A stretch of 64,000 nt of DNA from a virus. The position numbers were made by a program, and so were the translations under genes. Shown piece after piece: positions 18,365 to 27,162 of this stretch. The notes under the pieces are model-generated. The model searched no databases and was not told the DNA's origin. It saw nothing but the letters and a program-made list of their open reading frames with translations. The stretch lies in UHGV virus genome UHGV-0038492; one strand, 5' to 3'. How positions within the stretch are numbered: the stretch's first letter is position 1; each line of letters starts with the position of its first letter.

Positions 18365-19744
18365 ATGAAAATTATTGAATTCTATAAATCGTTTCTTAAA
18401 TCACAAGGATTCGATTTCGAGAACGATTTGCTTACCCGTGATGACGGTGAGCCAGCAGAATTTACCTACAACAAAGTGAAGCGCCGCCTGGCGCTTCCAA
18501 CGTCAGCAATGATTAAGAAAGGAATGGAAGATGACGACGGACGTGAATGTCAGGCATTCCATCCTCTCTGTGAATCTGTGCTGGCCGGTGAATCGGGCAC
18601 TATCCGTTTCTTGAAGAAATCCATCAATGCGAATTTGTTCATTCGTTCCTTTGCGTTGATTGACGCTATTCTGGAAACGGCTGCCAGTGGTAAAGCAATT
18701 CGTTCTGCGGCGTACAAGAAGTTCTTAACGGAACAGATTTGTGAAGGGATGAAAGATCCGACGTTTGACGATCGTTTGGTGAAATCCTGGGAAGCAGTTA
18801 AACAATACGTTTATGGCTTATTGGAGCGCGATAAAAAGCACAAAGTTACCCAGCTCTTTATTGCATCTGATTTAGTTATCGACGGTGTGAAGTTTAACCG
18901 TGTGGCTAATTATCGCCATATGTTCGAAGAAGAATCCTTAGATGGTACTGCAATGTACTTCTCGGTGAAGCTTCAACGTAAACAGGATAAGGTGATTATT
19001 CATCGTCTGCTGACCACTGTGTTCGGTTGGTATCCAAGTGTCACCGGTTCTAACGATTCCCGTCCGTACTTCGGGTCGTTAGCACGCGGTTGGGCACAGT
19101 ACGTGGTAAACTACAATAACGTAGTGAAAGGGTTACGTGACCACACACCACTGCGTCCGTTGGACGATGAATGGATTTCACAGCTGGACAACATGGAGAT
19201 TTACGATAATGTCATTCAGACCTTGCCGTATAACACCGGTCCACGTTCAGACAATCCTGAGCGTGATACCAGTGCCCGCGAGTTCAGAATTGACAGATCG
19301 TCGGCAACGGAACAGATCCCGACGAAGAAGGCGTCTGATGCGGATAAACCGAACCTGGACGATCCGGTAGAGTTCTTCCGTGCGCGTAAGCAACGGATGA
19401 CGCCGACAAACAGCTTCGGTAATCTTTCTCCAGCAATGCAGCGTTTTGTGGAAGAGCACAACACAACTAACCTGGCTGGTACAGGAATGGTAGGACGGAT
19501 TTCTGTAGTAGATGCTTTCGGTGGCGAGCGTAAGAGTAGTGGTTTTGGTGACGTAGGTGGATTCGGTCAACCGAACTCGTTGTCGAATACGTTTGGTGGT
19601 GGGCACTCTTTTGGCGGGGGTTCATCATTCGGAGGCAGCTCTTTCGGCAGCCAGCCTCAGTTTGGTTCGTCTAGCGGATTTGGTAGTAGTACAGGCAACC
19701 CATTTACCAGTGCTTCTACGAGTCCGTTTAAGAGCTCGTACTAA
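18365..19744 (+). CDS. hypothetical protein with long FG/GF/Ser-rich low-complexity tail
   Basis: 459 aa; tail 'SGFGDVGGFGQPNSLSNTFGGGHSFGGGSSFGGSSFGSQPQFGSSSGFGSS'; shares 'PTNSFG' with the upstream protein. Confidence 0.6.
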   Translation: MKIIEFYKSFLKSQGFDFENDLLTRDDGEPAEFTYNKVKRRLALPTSAMIKKGMEDDDGRECQAFHPLCESVLAGESGTIRFLKKSINANLFIRSFALIDAILETAASGKAIRSAAYKKFLTEQICEGMKDPTFDDRLVKSWEAVKQYVYGLLERDKKHKVTQLFIASDLVIDGVKFNRVANYRHMFEEESLDGTAMYFSVKLQRKQDKVIIHRLLTTVFGWYPSVTGSNDSRPYFGSLARGWAQYVVNYNNVVKGLRDHTPLRPLDDEWISQLDNMEIYDNVIQTLPYNTGPRSDNPERDTSAREFRIDRSSATEQIPTKKASDADKPNLDDPVEFFRARKQRMTPTNSFGNLSPAMQRFVEEHNTTNLAGTGMVGRISVVDAFGGERKSSGFGDVGGFGQPNSLSNTFGGGHSFGGGSSFGGSSFGSQPQFGSSSGFGSSTGNPFTSASTSPFKSSY

Positions 19745-19751
19745 GGTAGTA

Positions 19752-19783
19752 AAAAGAAGGGACAGTGTCCCTTCTTTTTTTAA
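19752..19783. terminator. bidirectional terminator between convergent genes
   Basis: 'agaagggacagtgtcccttct' followed by T-run. Confidence 0.65.
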
Positions 19784-20103
19784 TCGTCTACGATGGTGCT
19801 AAGAATACTGGCGACGACCCCGGCATCTGGAACTATCAGCTCTGTAATCTCAGGGGTGAAGTTCATAGGGTCTTCCAAGTTATTGAGCAGCATCATTGGG
19901 TAGATGATGTTTTCGGCATAACCTTTCAGTTTGCAGTAAGCGTAGAAATTGTGAATCTCAGGATAACTGAATCGTGGGTCTACAGTTTCTACTTTAGTTT
20001 GTGGGTGTTTACGCAGAAAATCTGTGTAATCGTGCAGCACTTTCCAGGTGCTGGTATAGGGCGCAGGTATGATTTCTTTTAGGGTAATAAAATCTTCAAG
20101 CAT
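19780..20103 (-). CDS. hypothetical protein
   Basis: 107-aa minus-strand ORF with AGGAA upstream of ATG. Confidence 0.5.
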   Translation of the reverse strand: MLEDFITLKEIIPAPYTSTWKVLHDYTDFLRKHPQTKVETVDPRFSYPEIHNFYAYCKLKGYAENIIYPMMLLNNLEDPMNFTPEITELIVPDAGVVASILSTIVDD

Positions 20104-20114
20104 AGTTGTTCCTA

Positions 20115-20145
20115 AATTAAGTGAGATAGATATTATCCTACCGAA
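20115..20145 (+). promoter_or_regulatory. phage promoter-like motif, copy 4
   Basis: 'aagtgagatagatattatcctacc' in a divergent intergenic region. Confidence 0.4.
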
Positions 20146-20166
20146 TCAACCTAAAGGAGCATTAAA

Positions 20167-22407
20167 ATGAAAACGCCGGTTGAGCTATTGAGCAGCGTCG
20201 CTGACCGTGAAGTTAATATCGCACAGGTATCAGGTGCAAGGGCATCGATGGTAGGTAACCATATGAAATCCTCGGTGCCGATTGACCATCCTGAGCCGTC
20301 GCCTCACTTTACGGGCGCAGATACCAATTACCACGATTTTCTGTTTAACGATATTGTGGAAGACAGTGGGAGCATCTGTCATTACACAACTAAGGAAGGT
20401 AGACAACGTCGCGCAACGTTTACCCGTTATGGTCGTCGTGGGGATTCCCGTGCGCTGGAACACGCGATATTCTTCCGCCGTGCAGAATGCCGTATTCCGG
20501 GCAAAACAATGATAGACGTTATCGAGATTAACTTTTATACTAATCACGATAACGTGTTCTCTTCCGAGAAATGGGAATCACCAAAGCTGCGTAGTTTGTT
20601 ACGCGGTGAAACCGACCAGTTAGAAAAGGATGAAATCCTGACGACGATGCCGTGTATGGTGGATGGTGAATTCGCAGACAGTGTGGTGCTGCCAACGGTT
20701 ACCATTTCACACCCAGACATTATCGAGGATTCCTACACGATTTCCGAAGAAGCGGCACAGAAGCTTCACGGATACGGGTTGAAGGTTATCGAGAAAACCT
20801 TACGTGAAGATGAATTCTTGCTGGATACCTACGGCTATAACGATCCCGAGGGAAATCGTGTACCGCGCTATTTTCCAGACGTGGGTGAAGCGATTCGTGA
20901 TGACGGATTAGTTATCGCTTCTCGTCGTTTCGATGACCTGTACGCAGCGATTGATGCAACCTTAGGGGAAACTCAACACGTTTCTCCGTTCTTCGATAAC
21001 TGTGATTACGTGGATGCCGATCCGATACACTATAAAGCGCGTTTGGAAAACAATCACGAACTGATGGAACGTAGCGGAACTCGCATTGTTGATATTCAGG
21101 TTTGGCGTGATGAAACGTCATGCGGTAATGGAACGAATAACATTAACTGTACTGAAGAGAACAAACGTGAGCTTGACAAATACGCATTGGCGTTAAAGGA
21201 CTACTACAATGCGATTGTTCGCTTCTATTTCTCCGTGTCGAGAGATAAAAACATTATCTGGTCTCCCAAAGCGTGTGTGTTGCTGGAGAAAGCTTTTGCA
21301 TCCGAAACGTACGAAGTCTACGCAGAGTTTCGTGAAGAAATTCGCGGAGTGATTGAAGACGCAATTCGTCGCGGCGAATACGGTAAAGAGAACGTAAGTC
21401 AACAGATTATCTCCAAATTGACTTCACCTGTTCAGCGCGGATTAAGCGATCCCATCAATACGTGCACAATTCGTATCGCGGTACGTTATCCGATCCCGGT
21501 GACGGTGTCTTCTAAGATTACCGACCGCTCGGGTACGAAAGGGATTGTGGGTCGTGTACTGCCAGTTGAACAGATGCCAATTAACGAGTTCGGCGAACGT
21601 GTCCACGTACTACGTTCAATGAACGCCGTGATTCGTCGTTCTACCTACGCCGCGCTGTTCCACATGTATTGGTCAGCAGCATCTGAACAGCTGAAGATGC
21701 GTCTTAAACCGATGCTGGATGAAGGACGTATTGGTGAGTGTTGGGAAATCCTGATGGACTACCTTTCACGCTATAATCCAGAATGGGCGAACACGTTACA
21801 GGCTACGCATCCTACGGAGGATTTGCAGCGAGAACTCTTTAAAGAGATTTACGATTTCACCATCCGCATTTACTTACCTCACGAACTTGATGACACTCCG
21901 GTGGAAATCAGTGAACGTTTAGGTGAGTTTAAACCTCGTAAGTCGAAACTGCTTATTACCAATTACGATGGTAAACAGGAATGGACAAAAGACGAGTTTT
22001 ACGTGGGTGGTGTAGAAACATTACGGCTTGATAAGACGGGACGTGAATTCTCAAGTATTTCGTCGATGTACCTGAACTACCTGGGCACGATTGATGCGTC
22101 TAACCAAGGACGTGGTTCGTATCCGGTAAACTATAAAACGTTAAAATGGGCTGGTCCTTCGGAAGAACGACTATTAGCGGGTTATGGTCCAGGTAACTAC
22201 GAAGAGGTTCACGATAGGGCAAATAACCCTGCTGTACATCGAGAGATTTTAGTAGGGCTGTACCGATCTCAAACCCCTTCCAATCCGGGCGTACTGGTAG
22301 ACCGGAATAAACTCCCATTAGGAGATTCGCAGATTGACAGAATGATGAAAAACATTCATAGCTGCGAAGGGTTTGAATTGGTGAAAATGAAAAGGGGCGA
22401 AGAATAA
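20167..22407 (+). CDS. RNA polymerase beta subunit, C-terminal fragment
   Basis: 'DRSGTKGIVGRVLPVEQMPINEFGERVHVL' aligns to beta '[31 protein letters not shown]'; 'EERLLAGYG' aligns to 'GEMEVWALEAYG'. Confidence 0.7.
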   Translation: MKTPVELLSSVADREVNIAQVSGARASMVGNHMKSSVPIDHPEPSPHFTGADTNYHDFLFNDIVEDSGSICHYTTKEGRQRRATFTRYGRRGDSRALEHAIFFRRAECRIPGKTMIDVIEINFYTNHDNVFSSEKWESPKLRSLLRGETDQLEKDEILTTMPCMVDGEFADSVVLPTVTISHPDIIEDSYTISEEAAQKLHGYGLKVIEKTLREDEFLLDTYGYNDPEGNRVPRYFPDVGEAIRDDGLVIASRRFDDLYAAIDATLGETQHVSPFFDNCDYVDADPIHYKARLENNHELMERSGTRIVDIQVWRDETSCGNGTNNINCTEENKRELDKYALALKDYYNAIVRFYFSVSRDKNIIWSPKACVLLEKAFASETYEVYAEFREEIRGVIEDAIRRGEYGKENVSQQIISKLTSPVQRGLSDPINTCTIRIAVRYPIPVTVSSKITDRSGTKGIVGRVLPVEQMPINEFGERVHVLRSMNAVIRRSTYAALFHMYWSAASEQLKMRLKPMLDEGRIGECWEILMDYLSRYNPEWANTLQATHPTEDLQRELFKEIYDFTIRIYLPHELDDTPVEISERLGEFKPRKSKLLITNYDGKQEWTKDEFYVGGVETLRLDKTGREFSSISSMYLNYLGTIDASNQGRGSYPVNYKTLKWAGPSEERLLAGYGPGNYEEVHDRANNPAVHREILVGLYRSQTPSNPGVLVDRNKLPLGDSQIDRMMKNIHSCEGFELVKMKRGEE

Positions 22408-24506
22408 TGAAGGCGACTCCGGTTCACGTAAGAGACTTGTGCAAGTTGAATTCGGATCAGGTGTGGCTACTTCGGGGCGTTTACGACGTGTCCTTCGACG
22501 ATGGGGTCACGTTGAGAATGTCTGGTCGACACATTAAGTTGAGCTGGCCGTATTGGGGATTAACCCAGTTTTATCCCCAGGTGCCAATCTCGTCGAACAT
22601 GGCGTATAAGCATGGCGACACGGCAACTGACGATGCGCATCTGCGCTTTATGTCGTTGGCGGCTGTAGCGGCACGTAAGGCCGGAGTGGATCTGGCCGAT
22701 ACCCGTTACCTGTTATCACAACACGTTTATGCAAACGCGTTTAACCTGACGGTGAAAAACTTGTTGTCGTATTGTGTTACCATTGACTACGATACGATGA
22801 TGGAGATTTATCAGCATGAAAACTTCAAGCTGATTATTGAGTGGTCTAAGCACTATCCGACGGGTTACGATGAAGAGGGTAACGATAAGGTAGAAGAAGC
22901 CTATCAGCTCATTGAGAAAATCTTTAAAGATCCGAGACTCTCAAACAACCCGGTCGTCATGTCTGTGTTAGACCGCACACTGAAAATGGATCAGATTCTC
23001 CAGGCTTACATTCGTGGTAAGACTTCAGAGATTGATTCCCGTGTGTATTCTAACCAGGTATGGGAAGGTTTCTTCACCGGCCTGCATTCTGTTATCAGTC
23101 GACTGAAAGAAGCAGGTGCGACATCGCGTTCACACCTGTATAACACCGACAAGATTGCAGACGCAGAGTACGCATCACGTAAGTTGCAGTTAGCGGCTAA
23201 CGTGCTGATGTTCTTCGATTACGAAGACTGTGGTACACATCACGTACACAGACACACCTTTACGAATTCGCCGTTGGAAGAAGCGAAATTCAAAGCGATG
23301 AAAGGAATGCGTTATCGCTTCGAAGGTACTGGTGGTCCGTGGTTACGATTCGAAGACGGTGAGTTTGAGAAAGTCTTGAACAAACCTATCGAGTTCCGTA
23401 CCGCGATGTGTTGTAAAGGGATGTCACGGCAGACTATCTGTGCAACGTGTATGGGTGACTTGATTTATAACCTGTCACCTGGTACATCACCGGGTCACCT
23501 TGCGTCAACCGCAATCTCGGAAAAGGGTACTCAGGGTATTCTGTCGACGAAACACCTTGACTTCCTGCGTTATCTGCTGAACTTGGTTTTGTCGCCAAGA
23601 ATGCGTGATTATCTCACGGAGTATAAACACAACTCCGTTAAAGGGATTAGTTTACTGGAGAAGCCGCAATACGGTACTTGGGATGAATACCAACTGGTAA
23701 TTTCGGATGAAGTCTATTCAGAGATTAGCCAGATTGCGTATCATGAAGACCTGGACGATATTGATGAAACGGCACTCCCGGAAATTAACGACCTTACGTT
23801 TGTTCGTTTAGATGCAGAAGGGAATATCCTGGCAGAAGATCCGATTGACGTTCGAATGGGCGTCTGCGGTAACTTCTCTAAGTCATTCCTTCGCTTCTTC
23901 TTGAAGAATCGTGATAAGCTCGTATTCCCCAGCAAGAAAACGGTGCGTGTTCCGCTAAAAGGGTGGAAACCGTCCTGGCCGATCCTAATTTATACGAATC
24001 GGTCTGAATCTATGGCGGAGTTTGTAGCAGGGTTGGAATTGATTTTACGTTCGGTAGCATCGGACAAGTCAGATAACTTCGAACAGTTCTCGGACGAGTC
24101 AATGCGTTTGAGCAAGAAGAGTGGTAAGGTTAAACCGATTACCCTCGTTCAGATGCGTGGTGCCACGGAGAAACAATGTACTCATGCGTTGTTCTACGTG
24201 TTCAAATATATCCAACGTAAACTCAAAGGGATTCCGATGACGCACATCGCGATTATGTTGGCAATCTCTCGTGTTGAGTCACCTACTAACCCATTCCCGG
24301 CAGTAGGGTTTGACAGTGAGGATGCTGATGCCGCAGAAGGAAAACGTTTCGAAGATCACAATACGCTGATTGCGATGCGTTCTGCGATTCCGATGTTGCT
24401 GTTTGAGGGACAACAGAAGAACTTGGACAACGTACGTTTCTATACGTCACGTAAACGTCCTGCTTCGTTGTACGACAATTCTGTCGCGGCAACGATTATT
24501 GAGTAA
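22407..24506 (+). CDS. RNA polymerase beta-prime subunit, C-terminal fragment
   Basis: bridge-helix-like 'GATSRSHLYNTDKIADAEYASRKLQ...EDCGTH' and trigger-loop region 'CCKGMSRQTICATCMGD...AISEKGTQGILSTKH' align to beta-prime '[24 protein letters not shown]...DDCGTH' and 'CAHCYGRDL...SIGEPGTQLTMRTFH'. Confidence 0.7.
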   Translation: MKATPVHVRDLCKLNSDQVWLLRGVYDVSFDDGVTLRMSGRHIKLSWPYWGLTQFYPQVPISSNMAYKHGDTATDDAHLRFMSLAAVAARKAGVDLADTRYLLSQHVYANAFNLTVKNLLSYCVTIDYDTMMEIYQHENFKLIIEWSKHYPTGYDEEGNDKVEEAYQLIEKIFKDPRLSNNPVVMSVLDRTLKMDQILQAYIRGKTSEIDSRVYSNQVWEGFFTGLHSVISRLKEAGATSRSHLYNTDKIADAEYASRKLQLAANVLMFFDYEDCGTHHVHRHTFTNSPLEEAKFKAMKGMRYRFEGTGGPWLRFEDGEFEKVLNKPIEFRTAMCCKGMSRQTICATCMGDLIYNLSPGTSPGHLASTAISEKGTQGILSTKHLDFLRYLLNLVLSPRMRDYLTEYKHNSVKGISLLEKPQYGTWDEYQLVISDEVYSEISQIAYHEDLDDIDETALPEINDLTFVRLDAEGNILAEDPIDVRMGVCGNFSKSFLRFFLKNRDKLVFPSKKTVRVPLKGWKPSWPILIYTNRSESMAEFVAGLELILRSVASDKSDNFEQFSDESMRLSKKSGKVKPITLVQMRGATEKQCTHALFYVFKYIQRKLKGIPMTHIAIMLAISRVESPTNPFPAVGFDSEDADAAEGKRFEDHNTLIAMRSAIPMLLFEGQQKNLDNVRFYTSRKRPASLYDNSVAATIIE

Positions 24507-24507
24507 A

Positions 24508-24537
24508 CGAGAGGGGCCTGCGCCCCTCTTTTTTTGT
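24508..24537 (+). terminator. rho-independent terminator
   Basis: 'gaggggcctgcgcccctc' followed by T-run. Confidence 0.7.
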
Positions 24538-24548
24538 AAGAGGGGAGC

Positions 24549-26258
24549 ATGTACGAATTCCACATGACCTTTACCAGCATGGGGGTGAGGGTTGAAGTCC
24601 CGTGCCGACAGATAGAGTCGGCGATACTTAAGTGGGCAGAAGAACATATGCACGCTCCTAAGATGGGCAAGCAATACGGTCGTATATTCACTGAACGTGG
24701 CGATCCGTATTACGCGCATATACCTTCTCTCCGCTCGTTTATCTTCCACAGGAACTTTTCTGAGCGTTTACGCATTATTATTAATCGTACGGCAACCGAA
24801 TTTGGTATTGAGTATAAGCTCTACGAGCATTACTTAACGCAGGGAACACCTTATAGGTGTAAGTTTGAAAACTACGGCTTTAAGATGGTGGAGGACGATG
24901 AGAAATCACGTTTCTTTTACCAGAACGCTGTGGTTGAAACGGCTTGCGAACCAAATCGTTTTCAAACCATCTTTGAAATTGGTACAGGGATGGGTAAGTC
25001 GAAAACGAACATGAAAGTAATGGTACGTAAGGGTGTCAGGACGCTACTGATTCACCGTCCGACGTACATCTCAAAATGGTTGTTTGATTTAACTGAAGAC
25101 CCAACGGGCTTACGTGAGTCGAAAGACGACGTTTTGGTTATCCAAGGCGTTCAGGCTATCTACGAAGCGTTAGAAATGGGGGAATCAGGCGAATTAGACA
25201 AACGTGGGATTAAGGTTATCATTATCTCAACGGTAACGTTGCAACGATTCCTTAAAGAGTACATTAACACTGCCGCAACTAACCCAGTGAACATTGATGA
25301 TTTCTACAACACCTTAGGTGTTGGGTTTTTGTCAATGGATGAAGTGCACGAGCATTTCCATCTGGTGTACATGGCAGGGATAATGCTCAACCCGCCACCG
25401 TCTGTTGAGATGTCTGCGACGTTACAGCCGGGTGAATCAAAAGCGTTTTTAGCCGAACGGTATCGAGAGCGTTTTCCACAAGAGTCACGTATATTCATTC
25501 CGATTATTCCTGCTGTGCACGTTAAAGCGTTGTACTACAGCATTGAGAATAAACGGTTTGCGTGGTGGGCGAATAAGATGACGCCGTATAATCACAAACT
25601 ATTCGAAGGTAAGTTAATAAGTGAGAACATGCACTTATCTTACGCGGATATGGTGTGGGACGTCATCGAGCGAACGTATCTGGCGAGTTACCAGCCTGGT
25701 CAGAAAGTGTTGGCGCTGTTTGCAACCGTTGCGATGTGTGAGTTCTTTACAGAGTACGTGCGAGAGAAACTGGCACAGTCTGATAAGTTCCACGCCCTGA
25801 TGGTTGCGAAATACAACGCGGGGGATTCGTATGACGACTTTATTCAAGCGGATTTCTCGATTTCAACACCAGGGAAAGCAGGCACTGCGGTCGACAAACC
25901 GGGGTTGGTTCACATGTACATTACCACCCCTGTGGAAGACCAGCAGTTAAACCGTCAGATGGCCGGTCGTCCGCGTAAGATACTTCACAACGATTGGGGT
26001 GAACTCGATCCCGTTGTGTGGTTATTCCATTCACTCTCGATAGGGAAACACTGCAATTACTTGAACGCGCGTCAGAAGTCGCTGAGTGATTCCGTGTTGT
26101 CGTTTAAGATAGCCTCTTCACCGTATGTTGTAAGGAAAACCAATGTTACTACCGCCGCAGCCGACCGAGCCAACAGCACCGTATGCCGGGCTGAACTTAG
26201 CAAGTTTTCTCGAAAAGGTTTTAAAGGCATACCCAGACGTCGAAAACGTCGTCGATAA
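24549..26258 (+). CDS. superfamily-2 DExH-box helicase/ATPase
   Basis: motif I 'GTGMGKSKT'; motif II 'SMDEVHEH'. Confidence 0.6.
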   Translation: MYEFHMTFTSMGVRVEVPCRQIESAILKWAEEHMHAPKMGKQYGRIFTERGDPYYAHIPSLRSFIFHRNFSERLRIIINRTATEFGIEYKLYEHYLTQGTPYRCKFENYGFKMVEDDEKSRFFYQNAVVETACEPNRFQTIFEIGTGMGKSKTNMKVMVRKGVRTLLIHRPTYISKWLFDLTEDPTGLRESKDDVLVIQGVQAIYEALEMGESGELDKRGIKVIIISTVTLQRFLKEYINTAATNPVNIDDFYNTLGVGFLSMDEVHEHFHLVYMAGIMLNPPPSVEMSATLQPGESKAFLAERYRERFPQESRIFIPIIPAVHVKALYYSIENKRFAWWANKMTPYNHKLFEGKLISENMHLSYADMVWDVIERTYLASYQPGQKVLALFATVAMCEFFTEYVREKLAQSDKFHALMVAKYNAGDSYDDFIQADFSISTPGKAGTAVDKPGLVHMYITTPVEDQQLNRQMAGRPRKILHNDWGELDPVVWLFHSLSIGKHCNYLNARQKSLSDSVLSFKIASSPYVVRKTNVTTAAADRANSTVCRAELSKFSRKGFKGIPRRRKRRR

Positions 26259-26526
26259 ACTGTGTACCGACCCAACAATGTCCGTAGCGTTCCACTACTA
26301 TATGGTAACGGAGCACTTCGCCGGTATGCAGATTTTCCAACGTGGTAAATGTTATTACATTACGCGTAACTCCAGTATCCGCAATACCTCGTCTTACGAG
26401 CTTTACAGCTGGGTACTGTGGTCTGAAAACCCTGCGGGCAATATTGATGAAAACCCGAAGGTGGCTTATCGACTATACTCTGAGAAATGGCACAGTTGGG
26501 TAGCCGTTCCTCACGATAGCAATTAA
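26143..26526 (+). CDS. hypothetical protein (overlaps helicase 3' end by 116 nt)
   Basis: 127-aa ORF with AAGGAAAA upstream of ATG. Confidence 0.45.
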   Translation: MLLPPQPTEPTAPYAGLNLASFLEKVLKAYPDVENVVDKLCTDPTMSVAFHYYMVTEHFAGMQIFQRGKCYYITRNSSIRNTSSYELYSWVLWSENPAGNIDENPKVAYRLYSEKWHSWVAVPHDSN

Positions 26527-26536
26527 AAAGTACAGA

Positions 26537-26572
26537 ACGGGTGTATATTGTGTACACCCTTTCTTTTTTTGT
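26537..26572 (+). terminator. rho-independent terminator
   Basis: 'gggtgtatattgtgtacaccc' followed by T-run. Confidence 0.7.
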
Positions 26573-26587
26573 TAAAGGAATATTAAA

Positions 26588-27160
26588 ATGTCACGTCGTA
26601 AGAAGAAACCCGCTTATAACCCGCGTACTCTGGCGAAAAAAGAACTTCGCGATAGCGTGAAATCAGTGTATAAACTACTGGTTATCTTTGAAGAACAGAT
26701 GAAGATTCTGGCGGAGCGTATCGACAAAGAACGTGAAGTCCTGGAAGCTCTGGAGGAGCCAGAATACAAAGCCTTTGCTATTAAAGCGTTGGACGAAGCC
26801 AAAGCTGCGTTTGTTGGCCTGATGGCAGAAGGGAAAGAAAAACTGGGTGCAAAACTTATTGAGATCGATAAGGTTGCAACCAATGCAAAAACCATGCTGG
26901 AAAACAACAGCTGGGCGTCTGTGAAAGACGAGTTTAGCGTGGAAAGCATGAACGTAACCACGTTAGAGACCGAAGCTGTGTGGCTGGGTAAAGATATCCA
27001 GGGCGCTGCCATTGAAATCCTGTCGCTGTATAATGGCCGCGCTGATTTTGTAAAACGTGCTATGCACCAGGGTCACACCTTCGCAGAAGCCTACGAACTG
27101 CTTCAACAAGCTGAAGCCGCAGTAAAACAACCCGACACTGAAGTCGTTACCGAGGTATAA
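26588..27160 (+). CDS. hypothetical protein, coiled-coil-like
   Basis: 190 aa; strong RBS; optimised codons (132-aa antisense open frame). Confidence 0.6.
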   Translation: MSRRKKKPAYNPRTLAKKELRDSVKSVYKLLVIFEEQMKILAERIDKEREVLEALEEPEYKAFAIKALDEAKAAFVGLMAEGKEKLGAKLIEIDKVATNAKTMLENNSWASVKDEFSVESMNVTTLETEAVWLGKDIQGAAIEILSLYNGRADFVKRAMHQGHTFAEAYELLQQAEAAVKQPDTEVVTEV

Positions 27161-27162
27161 AG

